Positions 36,130 to 44,932 of a stretch of 64,000 nt of DNA are shown piece by piece (position 1 is the first letter of the stretch; every line of letters begins with the position of its first letter). The translations under genes were made by a program, and so were the position numbers. Under the pieces are notes generated by a model. It had not been told where the DNA came from. It ran no database searches and worked only from the letters and a program-made list of their open reading frames with translations. Where the stretch lies: positions 4,160-68,159 of the forward strand of contig JAZSHD010000236.1 of assembly GCA_045533055.1 (NCBI GenBank), given 5' to 3'. The DNA is from Victivallaceae bacterium (lineage in GTDB: Bacteria; Verrucomicrobiota; Lentisphaeria; Victivallales; Victivallaceae).

Positions 36130-38023
36130 ACATCTCCCCTGTACGGAACTCCTTCCATACTGTTTCAAACCAGCCGTCCGTTTCGGGTACCGGGCGGCAT
36201 TTTTCAAAGCCGATCTCCGGATAGCCCATTGCCCCGATAGAGCTGTACATAATGTAATTGCGGTACTCCGGAACTTCGGGCTTGATCCGCCATGCGTCGG
36301 AGAGTTTGCCGTTGATCAAAACGCCATCGTCCGAAAGCACCAACGCTCCCCCCCGGGAACCGATACGGTCAATCTGCATAAGGATCGCTTCAAGATAATA
36401 TATCTGGGCAAGCAAAAGCTGGCGGTTGCGTAAGGCTTCAGCAAGAGCTTGCGGGGCAAGAGCCTGCAAGCCATCGCTTTGCAAATCGTTCATCTGTTTA
36501 TATGCTTCGTCCAGAGCCTGCACCACGGTTTCGGTTTTGCGGATAAATGCCCCGGCACGGCTCATGCGGGTTTGGAAGAGCTGCCGCTGGCTCTGCCAAT
36601 CCAACTTGCAGGCTGTCTGCAAGGCTTTTTCCAGCATTGCCAGCTGGATGTTGCTGATTTCTTTGAAGTGTTCTTCATTGACCGTATTGCTCTGATACTT
36701 TGCGGCAATAAATTCTGCCGCCCGGATCGCTCCTGCCTGTCCGGAATTGAGGGCGGTTCCGCCGGGGCGGGTAACACCATGAGTGCCATTGACTTCGCCC
36801 ACCGGGAAAAGGTGCTTTATATTGACCGACTCCCACCAGATATTGCCCGCCAGACCGCCGTTGTTATGCTGGGCACAGACGGCGATCTCCAGCATCTCAT
36901 TTTCCAGATCTATATGGTTGTTTTTATATAATTCAATAGCAGGAGCATTGAGCATTTTAAGCCGCTCGATGGGCGAACTTTGCAAGGCGTTGGAGCGTTG
37001 CAGATACTCTGCTGCTTCGGCAGAAAGTCTTTCTATACACAGATCTGCCGGATCGCTGCGGTAGTCCAGATAGACTTTGCGTTTGCGTTCCACCGTTTCT
37101 ATATATGTATATATATCAATAAGCGACGACCCCGGCACATGCCCTGCGGCAAAGGGCCATTGATAGCCCTTGAGGAAAATTGCCGAATACATATCTTCGG
37201 CTGTATCAAAGTATTCACGCAAAAATTCCCGCTCATCGCCGCCGTCGGAACTGGTGGAAACGAACCGGGGCAATACCTGCATGTAGCTGCCTGAAACATT
37301 CCAGCGGAATTTCAGCGAGGCAAGCCCGTATTGTGATTCAGCTAAATTGTACGCCTTTGCCCCCACTTCCAACGCCAGCCCGATGGCTCCGGTATGGACT
37401 TGGGGGTAGACGCTTTGCTGATACAATCCGCCGGGACCGCCTACGGCAAAAACGGTGTTTTCGGCTTGCACGACTTCAAACTCACCGGTATTGGTGTTGA
37501 CAAAAATCGCTCCTGCCGCCCGGTTTTCTGCCGGATCGGTCAAAAGTTTTACTGCCACACGATCTTCAACTACTTCTATATTGCGCCGCTTTACCTCGGC
37601 AATCAAAGCCTGCACCATGTTTTTGGAGGTGTAAGGCCCGCAGCTGGTAGCACGCCGCTTGGGGTCGTGGTCGGTTTTGTAACCGATGTGCTGCCCCATG
37701 ACATCGTGGGGAAAGGGTACACCAAGATTGACCAGATTGAAAAAGCCCTGTGCCGAAACTGCCGCTTCGATCAAGGCTATATCGCCATGCATGGAGCCGC
37801 CCGCCGCCAAATCTTTTGCCATCAATACCGGGCTGTCGGGTTCGCTGCCATACATGCCGAGTTTGTAGTAAGTTTGTTTATCACTGCCGGTGTTTACCGA
37901 AGTACCCATGGCAAGACCTTCAGTATAAATGGCAATATTTTTAACATTCAAAGCGTGGAGCCGCACCGCCGCCGCCAAACCGGCGGCACCGCTGCCGATG
38001 ATCAGCGTATTGAGCTTTTTCAT
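36122..38023 (-). CDS. FAD-binding oxidoreductase (succinate dehydrogenase/fumarate reductase flavoprotein-like)
   Basis: The dinucleotide fold LIIGSGAAGLAAAVRL and the C-terminal LFPVGEVNGTHGVTRPGGTALNSGQAGAIRAAEFIA are typical of the SdhA/FrdA/NadB superfamily. Confidence 0.8.
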   Translation of the reverse strand: MKKLNTLIIGSGAAGLAAAVRLHALNVKNIAIYTEGLAMGTSVNTGSDKQTYYKLGMYGSEPDSPVLMAKDLAAGGSMHGDIALIEAAVSAQGFFNLVNLGVPFPHDVMGQHIGYKTDHDPKRRATSCGPYTSKNMVQALIAEVKRRNIEVVEDRVAVKLLTDPAENRAAGAIFVNTNTGEFEVVQAENTVFAVGGPGGLYQQSVYPQVHTGAIGLALEVGAKAYNLAESQYGLASLKFRWNVSGSYMQVLPRFVSTSSDGGDEREFLREYFDTAEDMYSAIFLKGYQWPFAAGHVPGSSLIDIYTYIETVERKRKVYLDYRSDPADLCIERLSAEAAEYLQRSNALQSSPIERLKMLNAPAIELYKNNHIDLENEMLEIAVCAQHNNGGLAGNIWWESVNIKHLFPVGEVNGTHGVTRPGGTALNSGQAGAIRAAEFIAAKYQSNTVNEEHFKEISNIQLAMLEKALQTACKLDWQSQRQLFQTRMSRAGAFIRKTETVVQALDEAYKQMNDLQSDGLQALAPQALAEALRNRQLLLAQIYYLEAILMQIDRIGSRGGALVLSDDGVLINGKLSDAWRIKPEVPEYRNYIMYSSIGAMGYPEIGFEKCRPVPETDGWFETVWKEFRTGEMYD

Positions 38024-38026
38024 AAC

Positions 38027-38791
38027 TTAAAACCGCTCCACAGTCAAGCCGCCATCGACATTTATCACCTGCCCGGTGGAGTAGGCAAAGGCTCCTTCCA
38101 CCAAAGCTGCGGCGGCTCTGCCCACATCTTCGGGCATACCCCAGCGGCGCTGCAAGGTCAAACCTTCGGCAATCATTTTATCATATTTGGCAGTGACCAC
38201 GCTGGTCATATCGCTTTTGATCACGCCGGGGCGCAGCTCGTAGACCGCAATATTTTCTTCGGCAAGCCGGACGGCAAACAGTTTGGTCGCCATAGCCACT
38301 GCCGCTTTGGAAATACAATATTCGCCCCGGTTGATGCTGGCGTAATCGGCTGAAACGCTGCCGGTGTTGATGATGCACTTGAAAGTTTTATCAGATTTAT
38401 CCTGCATCATAAGTTTTGCCGCCTGCTGGCTCAAAAAGAATGGCCCCCGGAGATTGATGTTCAAGACCCGGTCAAAGCTGCTTTCGGGCATATCCAGCAA
38501 ATCGGCCCGGACTTCCGGAGCCACTCCGGCGTTGTTGATCAACACATCCAAAGTGCCGAAGTCGGCAATAAAATCATTCAAAAGTTTGCTGTGAGCAGCC
38601 ACATCGGCTACATCGCACTGGTAATAGGCAAATTTGCCGGAGAAATTTGCCCGCAGTTCTTTCAGAAACTCCGCCGCACTTTCCGCCGCCGCTCTGCCGC
38701 AGAACCCCACATCATGCCCCTTGGCTGCCAATGCTTCCACAATACCCCGCCCGATACCACGGGCACCGCCGGTAACTAAAATATTACTCAT
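38027..38791 (-). CDS. SDR family oxidoreductase (3-oxoacyl-ACP reductase-like)
   Basis: TGGARGIGRGI cofactor motif, NNAG, and the catalytic YCISKAA (YxxxK). Confidence 0.9.
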   Translation of the reverse strand: MSNILVTGGARGIGRGIVEALAAKGHDVGFCGRAAAESAAEFLKELRANFSGKFAYYQCDVADVAAHSKLLNDFIADFGTLDVLINNAGVAPEVRADLLDMPESSFDRVLNINLRGPFFLSQQAAKLMMQDKSDKTFKCIINTGSVSADYASINRGEYCISKAAVAMATKLFAVRLAEENIAVYELRPGVIKSDMTSVVTAKYDKMIAEGLTLQRRWGMPEDVGRAAAALVEGAFAYSTGQVINVDGGLTVERF

Positions 38792-38984
38792 AAAAAAAAC
38801 TCATAATTTTTCTTTAATACTATATTTTATATGGTAATATAGCTTACAAGAAAATATTTGTCAAATTTTTAATCTGAAATATCCAAAGAAACCAACCCTC
38901 TATGCTGTTTGCCGATTTTTTACAAAAAACCGCCACCCCGCTGGACGACCGGCAAAAAATCGCCCGCGGAGCTGCCGGAAAACT

Positions 38985-39866
38985 TTATGCCGAACCGGCT
39001 CCGCCGGAGGCGTGTTTACGGTAAGCCCGGGGAGAGAGCTTGAACTGCTTTTGGAATTGTTTATTGAAGTGCGACAAAGTGTGAAATCCGCATGTATACG
39101 CTATTTCCGAAATGGGTACATTGGTGCCTTTGAGCATTTCAGAAGCTTGCAGCAAGCGGTAACTGTTCAAATAAGCTATGGGAGAACTGCCGGTTTGTTC
39201 AGTGAATTTGTGCAGAAAATAGCTCTTGCTCATCCCCACTGAACGGGCTATACCGTCTACTGAAAGATTTTTGGCATAGTGGCTTTTGATATATTGCTCC
39301 GCCGCCCGGATCGGGTCGCTGGCACGCATGGATTCAAAAAATCGCAGTTTGCTGTAACTTTCGCAAATATATTCGCCCAGCATTTGCACTAATTCTATGA
39401 GGCCTTCGGACTCTTCTTCGCTTAAAATGCGGGTTTTGGAGTAATATTCTTCCAACTCGCCGGGCGATAGTTTCAGAAAATCCAGCTCCTGGCGGATTTT
39501 TTTCAGCGTTTCGGCATCCGGCTGCTTTTTCAGGAACTGCCCCACACACAAACTGCCCATGTATTCTTCATTGACGAAAATCGGGATCAAGGCATCGTAA
39601 AACCCCGCATGGCAAGCCTTTATCACCGGTTTGCCGGTGCGTTTGGCTTCGGCGACCCGCCGGGGAACCAGTGCGGCACAGCGGGCAGCACCATGTTCGT
39701 TTTCCATGATCCTGGCACACAGGGCGTTGCAATGACTTTTGCCGCAAATGGTAAAGGTGGTGTTGTCCGGAGCCATAAAATCCAGCGGCAGATGAAAAAG
39801 CTTGTAAAAAGCATCGTGGTAGTTGTGCAGAAGTTTCTTCCGTGCCAGATCGTTGAATTTATCCAT
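38985..39866 (-). CDS. AraC family transcriptional regulator with PocR sensor domain
   Basis: CNALCARIMENEHGAARCA...KACHAGFYDALIPIF...GSLCVGQF (PocR-like) plus a C-terminal AraC double HTH. ATG 39866 (GGAG upstream) is preferred over TTG 39896. Confidence 0.82.
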   Translation of the reverse strand: MDKFNDLARKKLLHNYHDAFYKLFHLPLDFMAPDNTTFTICGKSHCNALCARIMENEHGAARCAALVPRRVAEAKRTGKPVIKACHAGFYDALIPIFVNEEYMGSLCVGQFLKKQPDAETLKKIRQELDFLKLSPGELEEYYSKTRILSEEESEGLIELVQMLGEYICESYSKLRFFESMRASDPIRAAEQYIKSHYAKNLSVDGIARSVGMSKSYFLHKFTEQTGSSPIAYLNSYRLLQASEMLKGTNVPISEIAYTCGFHTLSHFNKQFQKQFKLSPRAYRKHASGGAGSA

Positions 39867-39918
39867 TTTTGCTCCGTAAAAGGGTTTATTTTCCAAGATA
39901 ATATAGCTCTTTATGACG

Positions 39919-39953
39919 AAAAAAGCAATTTCGGAATAAAAAAAAGCAATATC
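39919..39953. promoter_or_regulatory. 21-bp-phased direct repeat (candidate AraC-type half-sites) in the divergent promoter region
   Basis: AAAAAAGCAATTTC (39919-39932) and AAAAAAGCAATATC (39940-39953), with register exactly 21 bp. They lie between the PocR-AraC gene (-) and the deacetylase operon (+). Confidence 0.45.
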
Positions 39954-40032
39954 AAGGTAGTATTAGCCACAGATTGTTGTATAATAATTTCAGAAAGATT
40001 TTTCGACAACTTTTAATATAAGGTTCTGATTT

Positions 40033-40725
40033 ATGAAAAAAGCATTAGTTCTCGGTGCCCATCTGGATGACTCGGTCATTGCCATGGGCGGCACTATCGC
40101 CAAAATGGTCAAAGCCGGTATTCAGGTGGATGTATTCTGTTTCGGCAACGGTGACGAAGCCTACACCCACCCCGGCGACTCTGCCAATGCGGTCAAGCGT
40201 TTCACCCGCGACGCCATCAAGGCCCACGAGCGTTTGGGCGTGGCAAGTTTTGAGTGCTACGATGTGCCGGACTTCGGCGTGGATGCCAACCGGGAGTTTT
40301 ATCAGCAGTGCATCCGGGTGATCCGTCAGCACAAGCCGGATGTGATCTTTGCCCATTATTGGAACGAATATTTTCAGCACCACGGCATGGCGACCATCAG
40401 CCGCGATGCGTGGAATCAGGCGGCGTGGGCGTGCAGTGCCGATTTTGGCGTGGAACCCCACCGGGCAAAGAAGTATTTTCACTTTGAGGTCAACGACCCT
40501 TTGCCGGAACCCAGCCATATAGTCGATATAACCGATACTTTTGAAGATAAAATGGCAGCGTGGATGTGTTTTGAAGATGCCCACGACCATCTGGGCGAAC
40601 TGGATAACGCTCTGGAGGCCCGTGCCCGCTACCACGGCAGCCGTGCGGGTTTCAAATATGGCGAACCCTTCCGCCAGAGTTTTTACCTTATGGAAAATAT
40701 TAAAGACATAAAGGAGATCTTCTGA
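40033..40725 (+). CDS. PIG-L/LmbE family deacetylase
   Basis: The N-terminal KKALVLGAHLDDSVIAMGGTIAK matches the LmbE-type AHPDDE motif region. 230 aa. Confidence 0.8.
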   Translation: MKKALVLGAHLDDSVIAMGGTIAKMVKAGIQVDVFCFGNGDEAYTHPGDSANAVKRFTRDAIKAHERLGVASFECYDVPDFGVDANREFYQQCIRVIRQHKPDVIFAHYWNEYFQHHGMATISRDAWNQAAWACSADFGVEPHRAKKYFHFEVNDPLPEPSHIVDITDTFEDKMAAWMCFEDAHDHLGELDNALEARARYHGSRAGFKYGEPFRQSFYLMENIKDIKEIF

Positions 40726-40727
40726 AA

Positions 40728-41615
40728 ATGAGCAAGCCCTTTTACTTTGCTATGAGTGTGGACGATGTGGCTCTGAAAGGCTGGAGCAAGCCGGAAAACT
40801 TTGAACACCTTATTGAGTTTTTTCAGGCAGAAAAAGTCCCGGCAACATTCTTTGTAGTGCCCATCGACGAAGAGAGCGATCAACCCTTTTACACCTTGAG
40901 CGACCGCTATTTGCCCACCATCAAAAACGCCAAAAAGCTGGGGTTTGACTTTGGTCAGCACGGTTTGCGGCACAACCGGTTTGAATTGGGCGTGCCGCCG
41001 GATATGGTGCTGGATCTGCCTCACGAAGTGGAAAACAAGCGTTACGCCCGGGAAAATGCCGCCGCTCTTGCTGCCGATCATTGCGTGGAAAATTGCCGTG
41101 CCCGGCTCCGTCAGGGCAGAGAAATATTGGAAAAGGCATTCGGTTTTGAAGTCAAAGGCTTCCGCTCCCCTGCTTTGCAGGAAAGTCCGGGCATGTTTCA
41201 GGCCCTTGCCGCCGAAGGCTATACCTACGACAGCAGCAACTGTATGCAGGAAACCGGCTGGGATTATCTGTTGGACAAAATGGATGTGCCGCCCCGGAAG
41301 ATCACCCGGGAGCGTTACGAAAGTCTGCGTGCCAAAGGCTATAACCTTATGCTGCCTTTAACTTGCGATTACACATGGTATCTGACTTGCGAACGCTATG
41401 CTAAAACTATGGAAATGGCAATTCAGGACTTGCAGAGCTGTATGCAGCAGGATATACCCTTTGTAACAGTTTGCCATATCGACCCGGTTCATGAGGGCGA
41501 AGGCTTGCGTTTTTTGCATGAACTTTATGCCAAAGCCGGAGAAATGGCTGCTGCCGCCGATCTGGATATAGAATTTGTCAACCTCCAAACTTTAGCAGAA
41601 AAGGTGAATTTGTAA
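40728..41615 (+). CDS. polysaccharide deacetylase-like (CE4/DUF2334-type) protein
   Basis: FAMSVDDV...ATFFVVP...GQHGLRHNRFE resembles the NodB-type Asp and His motifs. Assignment is tentative. Confidence 0.55.
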   Translation: MSKPFYFAMSVDDVALKGWSKPENFEHLIEFFQAEKVPATFFVVPIDEESDQPFYTLSDRYLPTIKNAKKLGFDFGQHGLRHNRFELGVPPDMVLDLPHEVENKRYARENAAALAADHCVENCRARLRQGREILEKAFGFEVKGFRSPALQESPGMFQALAAEGYTYDSSNCMQETGWDYLLDKMDVPPRKITRERYESLRAKGYNLMLPLTCDYTWYLTCERYAKTMEMAIQDLQSCMQQDIPFVTVCHIDPVHEGEGLRFLHELYAKAGEMAAAADLDIEFVNLQTLAEKVNL

Positions 41616-43096
41616 TGAATAAGAAAGTTCAGATAACCAGTTTTGATGCCGAAGATGCCGGTGTTTTCGGTGATGTTCTGACCAAACCCCTTATCCGCAG
41701 CAAAGCCAAAGTCGGCTTGCTGGCGTTGGGCTACTTTGAATATTGGCGGATGTATCCGGCACTGGAAGATCAGGTGGCAAGCGACCTCAACGGTGCCGCT
41801 GAACGGCTGAAATCGGTGTTGAGCGATTGCGAAGTAACCTACCCCGGCATGGTCGATACCCTTGACCGTGCCGAAGAAGCGGGTATGGCGTTCCGCAATG
41901 CCGAAATCGATGTATTGGTGGTGATCGCCGGAACCTATCTGCCGGACTTTATAACCATGCACGCCATCAACCGTTGTGCCGCCCGGCCCAAAGTCATACT
42001 GTTCAACACCCAGACCGGGTGCAATGTGAATCCCAAAGACAACTACATAGCCACCATGCGGAACTCGGCGTTGATCGCCATAACCCAGCTCTCCGGATCA
42101 TTCCACAAGATGAAGCTGGACTATAAAACCGTGGTGGGCGAAATCAGCGATATGACCTCTTACGCCAATATCGCCCGGGAAGTCAAAGCTCTCCACGCCG
42201 CCAAACGCCTTGCCCTTTCCACCTACGGCATCGTGGGGCATGTTTTCCGGGGCATGTATGATCTGGAATTCGACCGTGCCAAGGTGAAAGGTTTTCTGGG
42301 GCCGGAAATCATGACTATTCAGGCTGAACACCTGATCGATTTATGGAAAAAGGTCAGCGAAAGCGAGGCTGAAGAAGTTTCCGAAGCATTGCTCAAACGC
42401 TTCAAGAGCCGCAATGTGGATAAAGACGATGTGGTCAAATCGGTCAAGCTGGGTCTTGCCATGCGTTCTTTGTATAAAAAGTTCAATCTGGACGGCCTCT
42501 GCTTCCTCGGTCAGCATTACATCGAAAAGATGACCGGTGCCCCCGCCCGTATGGGAGCGTCGCTTTTGATGGAACACGACAAGTTCCCGGTGGCATGCGA
42601 AGGCGATGTGGGCGGTCTGGTGATGATGGATCTGATGAAAGATTTTACCGGCAACACTCCCTTTCAGGCAGAGTGGGGTCAGTTTGACGAAAAGAACAAT
42701 GCCCTCTTCCTGCTGGGCCACGGCATCGGCACGCCCGACCTTGCCGCTTCCGACGACGCCATAACCCTTACCGGTTCGCCGGAAGAATGGGGCTTCAAAG
42801 GCGGCGGACTCAACTATGAATTGATAATGAAACCCGGCACCGTGACTTTCGGGCATGTGCTTAACTGCGGCGAAACTTACCGTATGCTTATAAGCAAGGG
42901 CGAAAGTTTTGAATTCCCCACTTTGCCCTGCAACGAACTCCATGCCATGGTGCGGGTGGAAAAACCGGTCAAACAGTATTTGGAAGAGCTGATCTCTGTC
43001 GGTGTGGCACACCACGCCATTGCAGTCCACGGCGACTGCACGGCGGCATTGGAAAGAACAGCAGAACTTATGCGGATCGAAGTGGTGAAATTATGA
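41615..43096 (+). CDS. L-arabinose/L-fucose isomerase family sugar isomerase
   Basis: 493 aa. Overall organisation and the FLLGHGIGTPDL and HHAIAVHGD segments resemble the AraA/FucI superfamily. The start overlaps the upstream stop codon. Confidence 0.6.
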   Translation: MNKKVQITSFDAEDAGVFGDVLTKPLIRSKAKVGLLALGYFEYWRMYPALEDQVASDLNGAAERLKSVLSDCEVTYPGMVDTLDRAEEAGMAFRNAEIDVLVVIAGTYLPDFITMHAINRCAARPKVILFNTQTGCNVNPKDNYIATMRNSALIAITQLSGSFHKMKLDYKTVVGEISDMTSYANIAREVKALHAAKRLALSTYGIVGHVFRGMYDLEFDRAKVKGFLGPEIMTIQAEHLIDLWKKVSESEAEEVSEALLKRFKSRNVDKDDVVKSVKLGLAMRSLYKKFNLDGLCFLGQHYIEKMTGAPARMGASLLMEHDKFPVACEGDVGGLVMMDLMKDFTGNTPFQAEWGQFDEKNNALFLLGHGIGTPDLAASDDAITLTGSPEEWGFKGGGLNYELIMKPGTVTFGHVLNCGETYRMLISKGESFEFPTLPCNELHAMVRVEKPVKQYLEELISVGVAHHAIAVHGDCTAALERTAELMRIEVVKL

Positions 43097-43845
43097 GCAA
43101 ATTAACTGAAAAGCTCCGGATCTTTGAGCGGATCGAAGCGGGCAAAAATGTCCATGTATTGGCTCTGGGCAGCTCCAATACCGAACACTTTATGGTGGGG
43201 GCTCACTGGTTTGACTATGTAAATATCGGCTTTATGCACAAATACCGCCGCTGGACCGATGACCGCAGTTCGGTGGATAACCCCGCACTTTGTCTGAATG
43301 CGGGCACCAGCAACAACACCACAGCCGAACTCCTGAATCGTTTTGACCGGGATGTGGCACCGTTCAAGCCCGATCTGATGATCCTGACAGCCGGGATCAA
43401 CGATGCCAACCCCAACCGGAATGTCAGCAAAGATGAATACCGCAACAATCTTATTGAGTTGCGGAAACGGGTCAATGATCTGGGCGGCGATGTGCTTTTC
43501 CAGACCTATTACTCCTGCGACAAAGAAAAACTTATGGAAACCCGGCCGGATTGGGCGGCAAATTATGAGCCTTATATTGAAATAATCCGGGAAGTTGCCG
43601 GAGAGTATCTCAACGACAACTTCAAACGCTGGGAACGGCTGCGTAAATACGATATCAAAGCCTTCCGGCTGCTGCTGCGGGACAGTTTGCATCTCAATCC
43701 CGACGGCAACGCCGTCATCGGTCTGGATCTGGCACGCTTGCTGGAGCTGCCGGTGCCCGACGAAAACCTGCCCTGGATCAAAGCGGGGGTCTTCGCCCGG
43801 AAAACCATGGACTTGCTGGAAGCCATGGAAAAAATGGAGAAATAA
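43093..43845 (+). CDS. SGNH/GDSL hydrolase family esterase
   Basis: VHVLALGSSNTE (block I Ser), TAGINDAN (block III) and DSLHLN (block V Asp/His). 4-nt overlap with the upstream gene. Confidence 0.78.
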   Translation: MSKLTEKLRIFERIEAGKNVHVLALGSSNTEHFMVGAHWFDYVNIGFMHKYRRWTDDRSSVDNPALCLNAGTSNNTTAELLNRFDRDVAPFKPDLMILTAGINDANPNRNVSKDEYRNNLIELRKRVNDLGGDVLFQTYYSCDKEKLMETRPDWAANYEPYIEIIREVAGEYLNDNFKRWERLRKYDIKAFRLLLRDSLHLNPDGNAVIGLDLARLLELPVPDENLPWIKAGVFARKTMDLLEAMEKMEK

Positions 43846-43851
43846 ACAGTT

Positions 43852-44739
43852 TTACCGGTTCTCCGTGCGGTACTCTCCCGGACTGCAATTCAGATGTTTG
43901 CGGAATGCCCGGTTGAACTGGGATATGGAGCCGAAGCCGCAGAGAAAGCTTATTTCAGATACCGACAACGAAGTATCCGTAAGCATTTCTCTGGCTTTGG
44001 TGAGCCGTAAAAAAGTCAGGTAATTGCCGAAAGATACATTCAGCTCTTTTTTGAAAATGTGTGCCAGATGCCCGGAGCTGATAAAAAAGTGTTTGGCGAC
44101 CTGATTGATGGAAAGTTTTTTCATAAAATTGCTTTCCAGATACTTTTTTACCGATTCGATTTTTGCCGGGGTATTGAGTTTTTCCATCATCACAATATTG
44201 TCGTGGGTGGAACGCAAATGACGCCCGATGATGTTCAGAAATCCCAGCAGAGCCTCCAGTTGCACTTTGCTCAAGCGGGGCGACTGCCGGTAGGCATGAT
44301 AGAGTTTATCGGCATCAAGCTCGAACCGGCTGGCGATATCTTCGATCTGGCTGCGGCTCAATTCTTCGTTATCGTTCAAATGAAACTGCCCGGCGGTAAC
44401 GCTGCCGATGTAATTGCCGCTGCGGTCAAACAAAGGTACCATGACATCCGTCAATCCGGCATGACAGGTGTAGCACAATTCCTGCCGGGAGAGTTCGGCA
44501 GCTTTGGCGTATTTCAGGTCGCATTGAGAACATGCAGCGTTGCCGGATACTGACTGCCGGATATATTGACAGTAGGGGTTGAAATTCGCTCCGCCGGAGA
44601 GTTTGAGCATCTCCCCATCCGGTGCGGCAAAGTCGATGATTATTCCCAGCAATCCCTGCAGAACATGACTGTATTCGTGGAGCAGCCGTTCCTTGCCCAA
44701 TTTGGCAAAAGCCTGTTCGGTAATAGTGCGTTGTGCCAT
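43852..44739 (-). CDS. AraC family transcriptional regulator with PocR sensor domain
   Basis: FNPYCQYIRQSVSGNAACSQCD...CYTCHAGLTDVMVPLF...GSVTAGQF plus a C-terminal AraC double HTH. Confidence 0.82.
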   Translation of the reverse strand: MAQRTITEQAFAKLGKERLLHEYSHVLQGLLGIIIDFAAPDGEMLKLSGGANFNPYCQYIRQSVSGNAACSQCDLKYAKAAELSRQELCYTCHAGLTDVMVPLFDRSGNYIGSVTAGQFHLNDNEELSRSQIEDIASRFELDADKLYHAYRQSPRLSKVQLEALLGFLNIIGRHLRSTHDNIVMMEKLNTPAKIESVKKYLESNFMKKLSINQVAKHFFISSGHLAHIFKKELNVSFGNYLTFLRLTKAREMLTDTSLSVSEISFLCGFGSISQFNRAFRKHLNCSPGEYRTENR

Positions 44740-44830
44740 AAGCCAATCCTTCTGTTAAAACATTTTATGCAACTATAACACCGTTAAATGGCTTTGTCAA
44801 GCACCAAAAGGCTTGCAAAACGATCGTTTT

Positions 44831-44864
44831 CGCAGAATATGCGTAAAATAACGCAGAATACGCA
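44831..44864. promoter_or_regulatory. 21-bp-phased direct repeat (candidate AraC-type half-sites)
   Basis: CGCAGAATATGCG (44831-44843) and CGCAGAATACGCA (44852-44864), with register exactly 21 bp. They lie between the PocR-AraC gene (-) and the phosphotriesterase-family gene (+). Confidence 0.45.
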
Positions 44865-44932
44865 TTGCAAATAAATTTGTTTTGTTGTATAGTGTAGACA
44901 GAACGATGTTCCAAATATTCAGGGGTGGACAA

